Positions 50,523-63,916 of a DNA stretch of 64,000 nt are shown one piece after another. The notes under the pieces were generated by a model. It was given only the letters and a program-made list of their open reading frames with translations, was not told where the DNA came from and did no database searches. Position 1 is the stretch's first letter. The number at the start of each line of letters is the position of its first letter. The DNA lies in contig NC_043013.1 of NCBI RefSeq assembly GCF_006345805.1, positions 54,622,001 to 54,686,000 on the forward strand, given 5' to 3'. The position numbers were made by a program, and so were the translations under genes. The DNA comes from Octopus sinensis (taxonomy: Eukaryota).

Positions 50523-50998
50523 ATATATGTATATTTATATGTATATATATATGTGTGTGTGTGTATATATATATATGTATATTTATATGTGTAAATATAT
50601 TTATATATATATATATATGTATATATATATACGTAGGTATATATATATGTATATATATATATACATGTGCATGTATATATATGTGTATATATATTTGTGT
50701 GTGTGTGAATATATATATATATATAAATGAGAAGTTCCAATAGATATATCCATTAACACATATATAGATTTATACAACTTACATCCATGCATTTGTGTAT
50801 GAAAGTATACATGCAGACATACATAGGTTCCCATATAGCGGTTGGCATTGGTGTGTGGTTATGAAATTTACTTCCAAATTCCCTGATGCTGTCTAAAAAA
50901 ACCCAACACCCTGTGAGAGAAAGTATCTATTGTACAAGTGTATGCATGTGTGTGAGTGTGTGTGTGCATGTCGGTCCATCCCACCCCCTTCTCTTGAT

Positions 50999-51063
50999 AT
51001 TTGCATGCTAATTACAAACTAATTTGCATGCTAATTACAAATTAATTTGCATGCTAATTACAA
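50999..51063. promoter_or_regulatory. Three tandem copies (period 23) of ATTTGCATGCTAATTACAA: octamer plus TAATTA
   Basis: ATTTGCAT occurs at 50999, 51022 and 51045, each followed by GCTAATTA. The repeat is directly visible; regulatory function is inferred. Confidence 0.4.
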
Positions 51064-51312
51064 GCATTGTGTCAATATTCACAAAAATGGTGTCATTTGT
51101 TTGCCATCCTCTGCAAAAGCAGGTCGAGGTTGTTTGATGTTCAATGCACAGGTAGAAATATTACCTTGTTCAGGAAACGGTTGAAGTTCACTCAAGAAGA
51201 GTATCAAGCGTCAAAAAAAAAAAAAAGCCTGCTACAAGCAGTTCTCATCTGACCCATGCAGTCACGTAAAAAGTGACATTCAAACACAGGTAATCATAAC
51301 CAAAGATATATG

Positions 51313-51363
<51 letters not shown>

Positions 51364-51412
51364 TCACATAGAAACATACATACATACATATATATATATG
51401 TGTGTGTGTATG

Positions 51413-51443
<31 letters not shown>

Positions 51444-51525
51444 TTGTTTATATATATATATATAAACGTACACACATATTTATATATATATATATATATA
51501 TAAACATACACACACACACACACAC

Positions 51526-51561
<36 letters not shown>

Positions 51562-52097
51562 TCACACACACATATTTATATATACATATGTATATATCTA
51601 AATATATGTACATGCATACAATTACATATATATGTATACACACACACACATATCTATATATCTAACTATATACAAACCCGCAGAGGTGCTTCACTTCGCA
51701 AACGGAAAATGAAAGACTACAGAAATATTCTTTGCTAGAGTTGCACAGTTCCACTAAAAGTGCTCCTATTTCAATCAATAACAGTCTGTAACCGTAGATA
51801 TTACTCTGAGAAGCTGATAGCTATCAGAAAATATTAATTTATACATTTAATGCTTTTTCAGACTTTCTTTTTCCATTTTTGTTTTGTCTCTGAAAACCCA
51901 TTTTTTTTGCATTTTAAGTTTATGTCCCATCCATATGCACACACACACACACACACACACTCACATGCCAGCATGCATAAACAGACACACATGTATGTAC
52001 ACAAATGGATAGACAAAGAAACACATATGGTAAAATACACAAGTGTGTGTAAATATTTTTGCTACAAATTATATATATATACACACAACACATATTA

Positions 52098-52130
<33 letters not shown>

Positions 52131-52666
52131 TATTAATATATATATAAACACATATTTATGTATATATGTATATGGAAATCATCATCGTTTATATATATGC
52201 ATATATGTGTGTGTGCACATAGATGTATGTAGATATATGCACATACACATCTATATATGTGTAGGCAAATACACACTAATGCAATGTACATTTAGACACA
52301 CGCATGCCTGCATACACTAACAGAAGAGACCTACATATGTATGTTCGACTTATACATAATCAGTGTCTATGAAAGCATTTTTTGCTACAGTGTATACACA
52401 TACACACATATATGTATATACACAAATATATCTAAATACAAAAATACATACAAGTATATAAATATATACAGGCATATACATATGCATATACAAATATATA
52501 CCATTTGTATATACATATATATATATGTATATATATATAGACACACACACATACACAATTACAAATACACACACATGCACAAACACACACACACATATAT
52601 ATATATAAATATATACACATATAAATAAACATATGAATGAATAAGTATGTGTATCTTTCTCTCTCT

Positions 52667-52703
<37 letters not shown>

Positions 52704-52772
52704 AATGATACATTTATATATATTTTCCTTTTCTAAAGAATATCATCATTTGTGTGTGTATATATTCATATG

Positions 52773-52825
<53 letters not shown>

Positions 52826-53079
52826 CATATATATATTCATATATACATAAATATATATAAACATATATATACATATACATGTATACATAAACACACAACA
52901 CACACACATATATATATATATTGAAAAGCACACACATTGTTGCATAGAAAGAAATTCCATCATGCCCATATGTACAATCACAAATTTCACAAAAAGCCTG
53001 TGTCTTGTATATATAAACACATTTATGCATGCATAAACGTCCAAAAACAGACCCACACACATATACAGACAAGACGTTT

Positions 53080-53184
53080 TCACACACAAGAAATGTTTTG
53101 TATGTGTTCTGGGGAATGTAGGGTGAAAGCTGCATTAAAGGAGCACACAGAAGACCAGTTGGCGCCAATGTTTGGTATTGACTT
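53080..53184 (-). CDS. Candidate 3'-terminal coding exon of an unidentified minus-strand gene
   Basis: Strong acceptor ttcttttcttctttcctatacttattttcAG at 53185-53220, followed by non-repetitive sequence. Phase 0 reads KSIPNIGANWSSVCSFNAAFTLHSPEHIQNISCV*. No homolog or upstream exon was identified. Confidence 0.3.
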   Translation of the reverse strand, partial: KSIPNIGANWSSVCSFNAAFTLHSPEHIQNISCV

Positions 53185-53571
53185 CTGAAAATAAGTATAG
53201 GAAAGAAGAAAAGAACTAGTCTATTGTATGCCCTACAAGAATGGAAACCTATATGAGCAAGGACAAATATCTAGCAATGGAAAGAAGTACAGTCTCTCTT
53301 TAACTGGTTCTTCCATATAAAACTCAGCAAATTAAAATTTATGGTTGAGAGTGGGTTGCATAAACCCATAATACAGGTTATAGACTTGGCTCTGTGCTCT
53401 GTAAATATTACAAAATATATACCCACCCCCATGTATAAATATATATATGTACACATATATATATATGTATATATGTATGTATGTAAGTATGTGTCTATGT
53501 ATGTATGTATATTTACATATGCATATAACATGCATACATATATAGATGCACATATATATATATAACATAGA

Positions 53572-53935
53572 AATGGCTGTGTAATAAGAAGTTTGGTTTC
53601 CAACACAAAGTACCAGGTTCAGTCCCACTGTATGTCACCTTGAGCAGTGGATTTGGTTAGATAGAAACTGAAAGAAGCCTTGTGAGTGAAATGTGATTGA
53701 TGTGTGTGTGTGTCTGTGTGTGTCATTGTGTCTGTGTTTTGACAAATGGCATTGGTTTGTTTACACTCTTGTAACTTAGCATTTGTAGCTAAAAGTGACC
53801 CATAGAATTAGTAACAGGCTTCAATGGACAAAGTAAATCCCAGTCCTGGGGTCAATTCATTCAACTAAAATTCTGCTAGTTGGTGCCCCAACACGGCCAT
53901 GGCCTAATGACTGAAAGAAGTAAAAGATAAACGAT
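53572..53935 (+). mobile_element. Decayed SINE family A
   Basis: tggctgtgtaataag...ggttcagtcccactg...ccttgagcagtg, hinge, and a 3' module ending gactgaaagaagtaaaagataa. Confidence 0.75.
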
Positions 53936-53983
53936 ATACCTATACATATATATATATGTATATATATACACACATATTTACAT

Positions 53984-54045
<62 letters not shown>

Positions 54046-54214
54046 GTGATGCATATATGCCATTTGAATATGGCTAACCCATAAGGGTGGATGCTACTGT
54101 AGTTTGTAGCCCCAGGAAGATATCTCCTCCAGCTGGCTATAGACACACTATCTGTGTCCTGTCAGTATTTGTGAAGGGGAGTCATCCTCCCCGTCTTCAA
54201 CACATGATACACAT

Positions 54215-54266
<52 letters not shown>

Positions 54267-54274
54267 GATATGTT

Positions 54275-54605
54275 ATCATCATCATCGTTTAACGTCTACT
54301 TTCCATGCTGGCATGGGTTGAATGTTTTGACTGAGGACTGGCAAGCCAGTGGTCTGCACCAGGCTCCAATATGATCTGGCAGAGTTTCTACAGCTGGATC
54401 TCCTTCCTGACGCCAACCACTCTGAGAGAGTTGTAGGTACTTTCTACACCACCAACACAGGAGTCAGTCAGGATGCTGCTGGCATCAGCCATGTTCGGAT
54501 GGTGCTCTTTATGTACCTCTGGTACCAGAGCCAGTCAGAGGGTACTGGCATCGATTATGTTCAGATGGTGCATTTTACATACCACCAACACAGCCAGCAC
54601 TGGCC
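54275..54605 (-). mobile_element. Family C copy with decayed internal tandem units
   Basis: catcatcatcgtttaacgtctactttccatgctggcatgggttg...; units resembling ttcggatggtg match the 16121 array. Confidence 0.8.
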
Positions 54606-54627
54606 ACAGCTGCAGTTTTGATACATA

Positions 54628-54669
<42 letters not shown>

Positions 54670-56470
54670 GAGACAGACAGACAGATAGGTAGGTAGATAG
54701 ATAGATAAAACTTACTTGGAGATATACATATATATATATATATACACGCATAGACATACATATATATATTCATACATCTACTTATATATAAACATATACT
54801 AATACATATATAATATACTATGTATCTTTGTATATGTAACACTGGATGTTAAAACACCTGAGAGCCATTGACCAGGTGAGGCAACCCAATGCTATTAAGG
54901 ACTCTCCCTAAACCCTATCCCACAGCAAAACGCACTCTGTATGTGTGAATGATAATGTTTACCTTACTAGAGTTGCCTTGAATTTGTGATTTCATTAACT
55001 TTCACCTGTGCCTCCCTGTGGCACATCCTCAAATAGTTTCCAAACTATTTGTGTCTATATATACAGTCATAGAGTGTGGACTCAGCTTGTCTTTGGCTTG
55101 ATCCAAGCGCATGGTATTGATAAGCTACAATTTTGGTGAAATATTGATATCTATCAGTCTTGGATTTGATCTGAGGCAAGTTATTTTGTTTGAGTTTTTG
55201 CCTTGCAAGTGTTTTAATACCCAGCATTGTTAAGAAGTCTCCCTAAATGCCATCCCGCAGCAAATTCAGTGAATAAACTGAGCATATAGATGGTATATGT
55301 TTGATCAATAATGTTTATATATATATTTCTTTACTGCCCACAAGTGGCTAAACATAGAGGGTACAGACAAAGGGATTAAGTTGATTACATCGACCCCAGT
55401 TCGAAACTGGTACTTTGTTTATCGATCCTGAAAGGATGACAGGCAAGGTCGACCTCAGCAGAATTTGAAATAATGTTTATATATATATATATTCACACAC
55501 TCACACATTCACACATATAAATATATGAACAAGCACATACATACACACATACATATGTATGTATATTGACTATAACCATAATATACTGTTCCACTCTTTT
55601 TTTGTGTGCGTTGCTATATTACTTATGTAGCAATTCTGTCTGCTACTGCTGCTGATTCCATAGCAAAATACCCACAGGAAGAATTAATAAGTTTGGAAAC
55701 TAAGAATATCGAACAAACTTAAGCCATGTTATGATGTAAGCAGACAATCTATTTAGAGGATATATTTAGAGAATTTATTTAGAGAATATGTATTAGAGAC
55801 TTGAAGCAGATCTGTAGTAGAAATGAAATGACACTGATGGAGTTGAGAACGGTGATGAAAGGATTCTGACAATCTTAACTAACTGACCAAACAATCAATT
55901 GATTAAATAATTAACCATTTAACAAATAAATAATAGAGAAACAAAATAGAACCAGTGCATGTGTTTATTATTGGCATAATGACCCTCCCAAAACAAACTA
56001 AAATATGCTTCAATGCACAAGTTCATATCAAGAATCCTACAAACATTATACAGAATCTAAATATTAGCAGGTGTGTATATGTATCTATCTATCTATCCAT
56101 CTATCTATCTATCTGTATTATATATATATATATATATATATATAATAAGGCTGGTTTGTAAGCAATTTTTTAACAGAAAGGCAAAGCTATATGCATCACT
56201 AAAGTGATTGAGGGTGCTATCCAGCACCAGTATTGCTAAACATAAGAGTCAAAACCATCTTATTTATTAACAAGGGAGGCACGCTCCCTAAGCACTGGGC
56301 ATAGCCAGATCACCAGTGATTTCACATTTACATTCATGCTCATTAGTGGCTCTCACTGGCACCTTGTGTTAAACTAAACTTGCCTTGTCAGCTTATAAGA
56401 TCACTGTACAAATCATATGCTGAATTCATATATATGTATGCATTTCCATAGATATCAATGTGTGTTTGTG

Positions 56471-56537
<67 letters not shown>

Positions 56538-56538
56538 T

Positions 56539-56577
<39 letters not shown>

Positions 56578-56634
56578 ATATATATATATAACAAATGAAG
56601 GACAGAAGATGGAATATACGAGAATATATTATTA

Positions 56635-56738
56635 ATCACAACAATTGTTTCGACACAGCTAGCATCGACTCCTCTCATAGGACACACAAAAACTGGTACA
56701 GGAATATACGGTGGTGCAGATGTATGTCGTTGGGTGAT
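56635..56738 (-). ncRNA. Decayed hammerhead remnant (CUGANGA box lost)
   Basis: AUCAC-CCAAC-GACAU[67 nt]GUGUC-GAA-AC[AAUU]GU-U-GUGAU; stems I, II and III and the GAAA box are retained. Confidence 0.5.
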
Positions 56739-56929
56739 AAATTAATAAAAAAGCTTGTTAAAATGACAGTTCCATAATGCAACTTTCCATTTTGTAGAGA
56801 GAAAAACAGCCAGACAGAGGAAAATTCTTCATTTAGATAGAAGATCCAAAAATAAAATTGCAGAAAACAAAAAGAGTAACAAATACTTCATCCAGCGAGA
56901 AATGTATATATATTGTATATATATTGTAT

Positions 56930-57085
56930 ATTGGCATTAGGAAGGTCATCCAGCTGTAGAAACACTGCCAAATTTGACTGGGCCTGATGAAGCCTTCCGG
57001 CTTCACAGACCCCAGTTAAACCGTCCAACCCATGCTAGCATGGAAAATGGACGCTAAATGATGATGAGGATGATGATGATGATGA
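56930..57085 (+). mobile_element. Family C (RTE-type tail) copy
   Basis: ggcattaggaaggtcatccagctgtagaaac...aacccatgctagcatggaaaatggacgctaaatgatgatgaggatgatgat. Confidence 0.85.
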
Positions 57086-58780
57086 TATATATATATATAT
57101 ATATATAAATACAGTATTAGTTGTTTCAAGTAGTTCAGCTCTTCTCAATCAATCAATGGACTGATTGAGTGAACCAATCAATGAACGAACCTACAGTGAT
57201 TATCAGAAACAGCTGTAAGCTGAATTTACTACAATAATATGTAATGACCATTATTTATATCCTTGTATCACACACACGCGCACGCGCATCTTAATAACAA
57301 CTAAAAACAATTTAGGTCCTTTGTGGTAATCTTAGTAACTCCAGTAGATTATTTTGATTTCACTGTACACTTACTTATAACCAATCAATCAATTGTTCTC
57401 GTCCCCCCCAACACCCTCCCTCTTATTTTCCATTCAATTTCATCTCATTCTCTCTCACTCTCCCTCCTTATTTCTCTTTTCAATAGCTGTATACATGTTT
57501 TGTTTTCATGATGTTTTTGTCTTTTTCACTATTTATTGTTATTGTTTATCTGCTCCTTTAAAGTTTCCGCCCCCCCCCCTCCAACCCCGCACCGCCGCCT
57601 CCAATGTCTGCTGCCCATGTCAACCTGTCAATAAACAACCAACCACATGTTACCTTCTTTTAACAATAGAAAAACAACTGAGTAAGCAAGATTACACATT
57701 TATTCATTATTTTAGGCATTTATAAAACATTCCTTTAAAGTTGAGATATTTGTCACAGACTTAAACAATTTTTTTTAAAAGAATTTCTTCTTTCCATTTT
57801 TGTATTGTTGTTGTTGTAGTTGGAAAGAAGAATTTGCTTTTAAAGATATTAAGAATTGATTGTATCGTTTAATCATTTGAACAAAACTCATTAAAAATGA
57901 AAACAAATGTCTGTTATATTCTTCATGGAATGGTTCCCTATTCCTCTTCTTTTCTTCATTTTTCCCCAAATTTCTGTCAGGGATTAAAATCAGGAGATTT
58001 TTTTTTTCTTTTCAGATAAGGTTTCTATTGATTCTTTTTAAAAAATAGGTTGCTGTTGTTGTTGTTATTGTCTAGTCTCATGCTAGTCCTGATTGATTAA
58101 GCCTAGACTGACCACTTTGCCATTTAGTAGGTCAAAGATGACCGTATACTAATAGTTGCAGAGTTAGTAAGTGTGCTTCCCAACCATGGAGTTTTAGGTT
58201 CAAGTCTCACTGCCAGCCACCTCAGGAGTGGAGTTGATAGATGAAACTGAAAGAAAGTTCATCATGTGTATGTGTGTGTGTGTGCATGTGTGCGCGTGTG
58301 TGCGCATATGCATGTGCACGTGTGTGCACATGTGTGTATTTGTGTCTTGTGTCTTTGCATCATACTGTAGTCGTAAACAAGTATCACCTTCACACAAGCG
58401 GTGTTCCTCATTTCCTGTCTCCAGTGAAAATATGTTAAGCCATGGAGGAAATATTACCTGACTTGGAAACAAGTGAAGGCTAGCAACATGCAGCACCTTT
58501 GACCACAGTAAACCTGCCATTTGATCCATGCAGCCATGGGAAAGTGGACATTAAACTAACAATAATTATGAGAATTAAGTTTTTCCTTCTTTTTGCTTTC
58601 AGTTGTATTTTTTCAGTTTAAAGACTGGATCCTCTCTCATTTCTCTTGTCTTTATTTTAATTACATGATCTTATTGGATCTATCTCCGTTTTATATCTTA
58701 AACATCCATAAAGGGAGTTTCTTTTTACTGATTGCATGGATAATTTGTTAGAGGAGGTTTGTTAACTCAGTATGTTAGAC

Positions 58781-59410
58781 GTAGGAGTGGCTGTGTGGTA
58801 AGTAGCTTGCTAACCAACCACATGGTTCCGGGTTCAGTCCCACTGTGTGGCACCTTGGGCAAGTGTCTTCTACTATAGCCTCGGGCCGACCAATGCCTTG
58901 TGAGTGGATTTGGTAGACGGAAACTGAAAGAAGCCCGTCGTATATATGTATATATATATATGTGTGTGTGTTTGTGTATCTGTGTTTGTCCCCCTAGCAT
59001 TGCTTGACAACTGATGCTGGTGTGTTTACATCCCCGTCACTTAGTGGTTCGGCAAAAGAGACCGATAGAATAAGTACTGGGCTTACAAAGAATAAGACCC
59101 GGGGTCGAGTTGCTCGATTAAAGGCGGTGCTCCAGCATGGCCACAGTCAAATGACTGAAACAAGTAAAAGAATAAAGAATAAAAGAGTATGTGGGAGTCT
59201 ATGTTTGTGTGTCTGTATTTGTTCCCCTAACATCGCTTGACAACCGATGCTGGTGTGTTTACATCCCTGTAACATAGCAGTTCGGCAAAAGAGACTGATA
59301 GAATAAGTACTAGGCTTACAAAGAATAGATACTGGGGTTGATTTGCTCGACTAAAGGCAGTGCTCCAGCATGGCCACAGTTAAATGACTGAAACAAGTAA
59401 AAGAGTATGA
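58781..59410 (+). mobile_element. SINE family A, full length and young, with a duplicated 3' module
   Basis: A box 58788-58798, B box 58831-58841, ccttgggcaagtg 58853-58865, hinge, first 3' module to 59188 and a second to about 59410; CpGs are retained. Confidence 0.92.
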
Positions 59411-60951
59411 GAGAGACCTTACCGTAAGTAGAACACATCCCTTGACATGTTTTCCAACACTCCTATCGTGTTCTTTCATTACTTTCATTACTTAGACTGT
59501 GGCCATGCTGGAGTAACGACTTGAAGCATTTAGTCAGTTAAATACAATCCAGCACTTGTTTCAGCTTATGCTTTATTTTGTCAATAACTATTTGTCAAAC
59601 CACAAAGTTATTTGATGTGACATAAACAACCTTGGCTTCAAGAGTGCTGCAAGCATAAACACACATCTCTCTCTGTCTCTCTCTCTCTCTTTCACACACA
59701 TGCACACACACACATGCAGACATGTGCACAAATGCACACAGCTACCATGGAGTTTTCATCTTGATTAATATTAATATTCCATTTTTTTTACCTTTTTAGC
59801 TTTTTCTCATCTTTCTCCCTGTTTCCCCTCTTGACCCTTGTTCCAAAAAACAATCTACAGAATCCCATAACAGTTGACTCTTTTTCACTTCTCTGAGCAT
59901 CAAAGCTAATAGTCATGATTGGGAACTCATCTTCTCTGGCTTCTTTTGGTATTTCTGTTCACATACACACACACACACACATGAATGTATGCATGTGAGT
60001 GTGTGTGTGAATGTATGCACTTATATATCAATATGTGTGTCAAAGTGTGTGTATGTGTATAAATGGTCTTCTACATAGTTTTCATCTAACAAATCCCGTC
60101 CACATGCAGAATCCACTTGTCCAGGTTACTGTGTAGTGGGAGGATCAAGCTGAAACCCACATTATCATGAAACAAACTTTATTACCACATGGCTTCACTC
60201 GCATCTAAGGTAGGTTTGACTGAGAGAATATTTGGCTGCTATTTCTAGCGAACCAAGTAATCACATCCGAGTTGTAGTGTTACTGTTATATGTTAGTGAT
60301 TGGAGAAGGAACAAAAAAACAAGGCCTTTGAAAAATCTCTCCCAGACTGAGAGAGCTTAACCCTGGTTGGTCTTTATTCTCGGTGTTCCCATGGAAACCA
60401 AAAAACATTGTATCTCCTGATTCTTTACTATCAAAACCAGAGTTTCCTTAAAAGTATCAGAAGAATGGCTAAGAGCTTAGAGCTTTGGGATCTTTGATAT
60501 TTTGTGAAATATATTTTAATGCGAGATTGAAAATAGAAAATGAGAATTCTATGGCAAAAGATAAACAAAAAATGATAAATTAAAACTGAGTTCTTAGAAC
60601 TGAGAAATTCAATTAATTTCTGAAAAGAATCAACAAAATTATCAATGGAAAATTAATGAATAAAAAAAAAAACTATATTCTTCTAAAACTTATCTCACAG
60701 CTGGGATTTCTGGAGAGTAATTACATTTTTTGTCATTATATATACATTATATAAAAAGGTAATATATATAGATATATATTGATAGATATGATATATCATA
60801 TATACACTCATATATATTATAAATAGAATATATATATATATATATATATTAATATTAGATAAGGCCAGCTTATGGGATATATATATATATAAACATATGT
60901 ATCATAAATAGGTAATATAAATATGTCATATATATGCAAATATGTGTGTGA

Positions 60952-60990
<39 letters not shown>

Positions 60991-60995
60991 AACTC

Positions 60996-61031
<36 letters not shown>

Positions 61032-63114
61032 TAAACAGTAGTGTGTGTGTGTGTCTAAATAGAAAGTATATATTATATAGATATTTTTTAATTGCCTATG
61101 GTAATCATTGAGTAATAATGTAATTATAAAAGACTTTCATTTGTCTTTCAAGAAACTGAGTCACCAGAATCTTAAATTGGAATATTTTTGCTTCTGATTC
61201 TTCAAATGGAGTTACTTCTGGATAGCTTTGTCTTTAGCTTGTGTGGTAGAGAACAAATTCATTCTGACTCCACTTGAATAAGGAAAATAAATGTGTTCCT
61301 TAAATGTTTCTGGGTTCAATCCATCTGAGACCACCACATCTGCTTCCTTGATTCAAAACTTCTTTTAAGGCATATCTGTTTAATTTAAAACTTCCCATCA
61401 TGATTTTTTCTTCCTTTTCTTTTTTGTAAATTAAAATTATTTGTAACTTATTTCAAAGTAGTACCTTAATTTACCAATAGATGGCGAAAGCTGATTAATT
61501 CACTCCACATGTTTTTATTATTTTAAAAAATTACTTGAAATTTTGGTTGAGCATTTTATTTATTTATATACAGTAGGATAACATTCTCATCATGGGTTCT
61601 ACAAAATTCTCAGAGTTTTGGGGGAAAATTCTGGGGATTTTTCAAGAGAAGGTGTCATTTAATAAAAATAAATAAATAAATTATTTCCATGAAGGAATTT
61701 TTATGTTAAGACATTTTTTGCTAAATTTCATGTTTTATTGAGTGTTCTGTGATTTTTGGTAAAAATATTATATATAGATTCTATGAAAAGATGAGTTTGG
61801 GAACTACTACAGTAAAGTTTCTTAATGTGGTGGGTTGAAAAAAACCATAACTAAAATTATCTATGCAATTACTTAACAAAATCTCCCCTCATCAGTATTT
61901 AAAGTCTAAAACAATAAGCAAGCCCAAATTTCAAGTTTCAATTGAGCTTACAGAAATGATCTTCCTTGCCTGTTGTTTTTAGAATTTAATGAATTTTTGT
62001 GTACTAATTAGATGGATAACTTCACTAATATTAAATAGAATACCTCACAGTATTTTTTCCTGGCACTTGGGGCTCTGAGTTCAAATTTTGATGAGGTCAG
62101 CTTTGTGTTTCATATTTTGGGGGTGTTAAAAAAAAAAAACAGCTCATCAATCTATGCTGGCAGATTGGTGGACTTGTATGAAAGTCAGAAGTGATGCCTT
62201 GCAGTATTTGTTCCAGCTCTTTACATTCTGAGTTCAAATCCTGACTTGGCTGATTCAGGTGTTAGACCACTTTAACACCATTACCTGGTGCCTTTGTAAT
62301 AGCTTCTGCAAAGCCCATTACATTCATTAGCATTGCTACTGTGTAGGTGGCCTGAGGCGGCCCTTCCCTTTGTTGCACCTAGACACCACAGTAAACACAT
62401 ACTGCCTACAGCAGACCCAAAAGTGCCGCCCCTTTAAAAGTGTCACCACTTTAAAAGTGCAGCTCAGGGCGAACAGCCACTACCCTCAATTATGCAAGTG
62501 ATTACATTGCAAGCATTTACTCCGATCTCAGGTTACAGGATGCTGATCCCACTTCCATCACTTTCAAAGACCTTGCAAAGGGTTGGGGACACTGCTTTCT
62601 TCCCTGACTAAAAGAGGGATAAAGTAATAAGTAAATGTGAGTCCCTACCATGTTTCTGTGTAATATGTTGACTGTATCCTCACGTGTTTCCCTCCAACCT
62701 CACAATGTCAATGTTTGGTTAGTAATCTCATGTCAAACAGATTAAAAGGGAATAACATTTTGCATTACATTACACCTGGTATACTTGCAGTAAATCTGTG
62801 GCGTTTGGTAATTTCAGCAAAGACAGAAGTAAAGTGCAGTTCTAGAATTCACATGCAATGAACTGATATAGATCTGAGGAAATGGGAATTGATTTTTAGC
62901 AGCTAATAGGGAATCAATAACAACAGAAATTGAAATTTCTGCAATGTAAGTCAACAGAGCTAGAAGAAACAACCAAAGAATAATAATATTGATGTAGAAA
63001 TATTGCAGTGATGATGCTGAATACAATCTTTAGAACGGTAACAAAGAATGTGGTGATTGTAATTTAGACAATGGCAGGGGTTATTAAGGGAATTCTATCA
63101 ATCACTCATATATG

Positions 63115-63535
63115 TTTTGTCTTTCACTTGTTTCAGTCGTTATACTATGGCCATGCTGGGACACTACTTTGAAGAATTTTGAGTCCAGTAAATCGACCCT
63201 GGTCTTATCTAAAGCCTGGTACTTATTCTGTTGGTCTTGTTTGCTGAACCACTAAGTTACAGAGATGTAAACACACCAACACCAGTTGTCAAACAGTGAT
63301 GGTGGTGGTGGGTGGGTGGGCGGGTGGTGGTCAAACATAGTCAGGAAGACACACAGACATGCAAATATATCACCATCATCATTTATCGTCTGTTGTCCAT
63401 GCTGGCATGGGTTGGATGGTTTGACTGGGCTGGCAAGCTGAGAAGCAGCACTAGACTCCATCCAGTCTGATTAAGCATGGTTTCAATGGCTGATGCCCTT
63501 CTTAACACCAACCAATCTGAGAGTGTAATGAAAAG
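63115..63535 (-). mobile_element. Family A 3' module (63120-63300) next to a family C copy (63370-63535)
   Basis: cttgtttcagtcg...ggccatgctggg...cttattctgttggtc, then ccatgctggcatgggttggatggtttgactgg. Confidence 0.75.
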
Positions 63536-63916
63536 GTTGCAAGATGCAATGAAAATTTTAGGACAATAAAAATAAGAAAAAAGTGAAATTTTACCAGTGA
63601 GTGTGTTACATGATAAGGCACAAAAAGAAAATGACTCTCCCCAGACACAACAGAATTCTTTTATTTGTTTCAGCCCATAAAGTGTGGCTGTGATGAGGCA
63701 CTGCCGTTAAATGATTATGCACAGCAGTTGAGGGACTTGAACACATGACCCTTCAGGTCCCTTGTTACATAAAAACTTGATGCTCAACCAACTGAGGTAT
63801 GCTGGCTGTTTACAGTAACTGGAAAACAGATCATATGACATGGTTATGATTTATGAGATATCAATTATTCCTTTAGTAGAATAATTATCATACAGGGTAA
63901 AGGATGGCAGATACCA

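Noticed and set aside
61150-61380. Exon-like minus-strand segment with acceptor and donor-like signals
   Set aside because: All three frames contain stops between the putative splice sites, and I recognise no homology.
137-63461. The roughly 200 ORFs in the supplied track as protein-coding genes
   Set aside because: Almost all are translations of dinucleotide, trinucleotide or tetranucleotide repeats ([12 protein letters not shown], poly-I, poly-D/G) or of SINE bodies. Only 39714-40034 contains a recognisable protein segment (CR1 ORF2 end).
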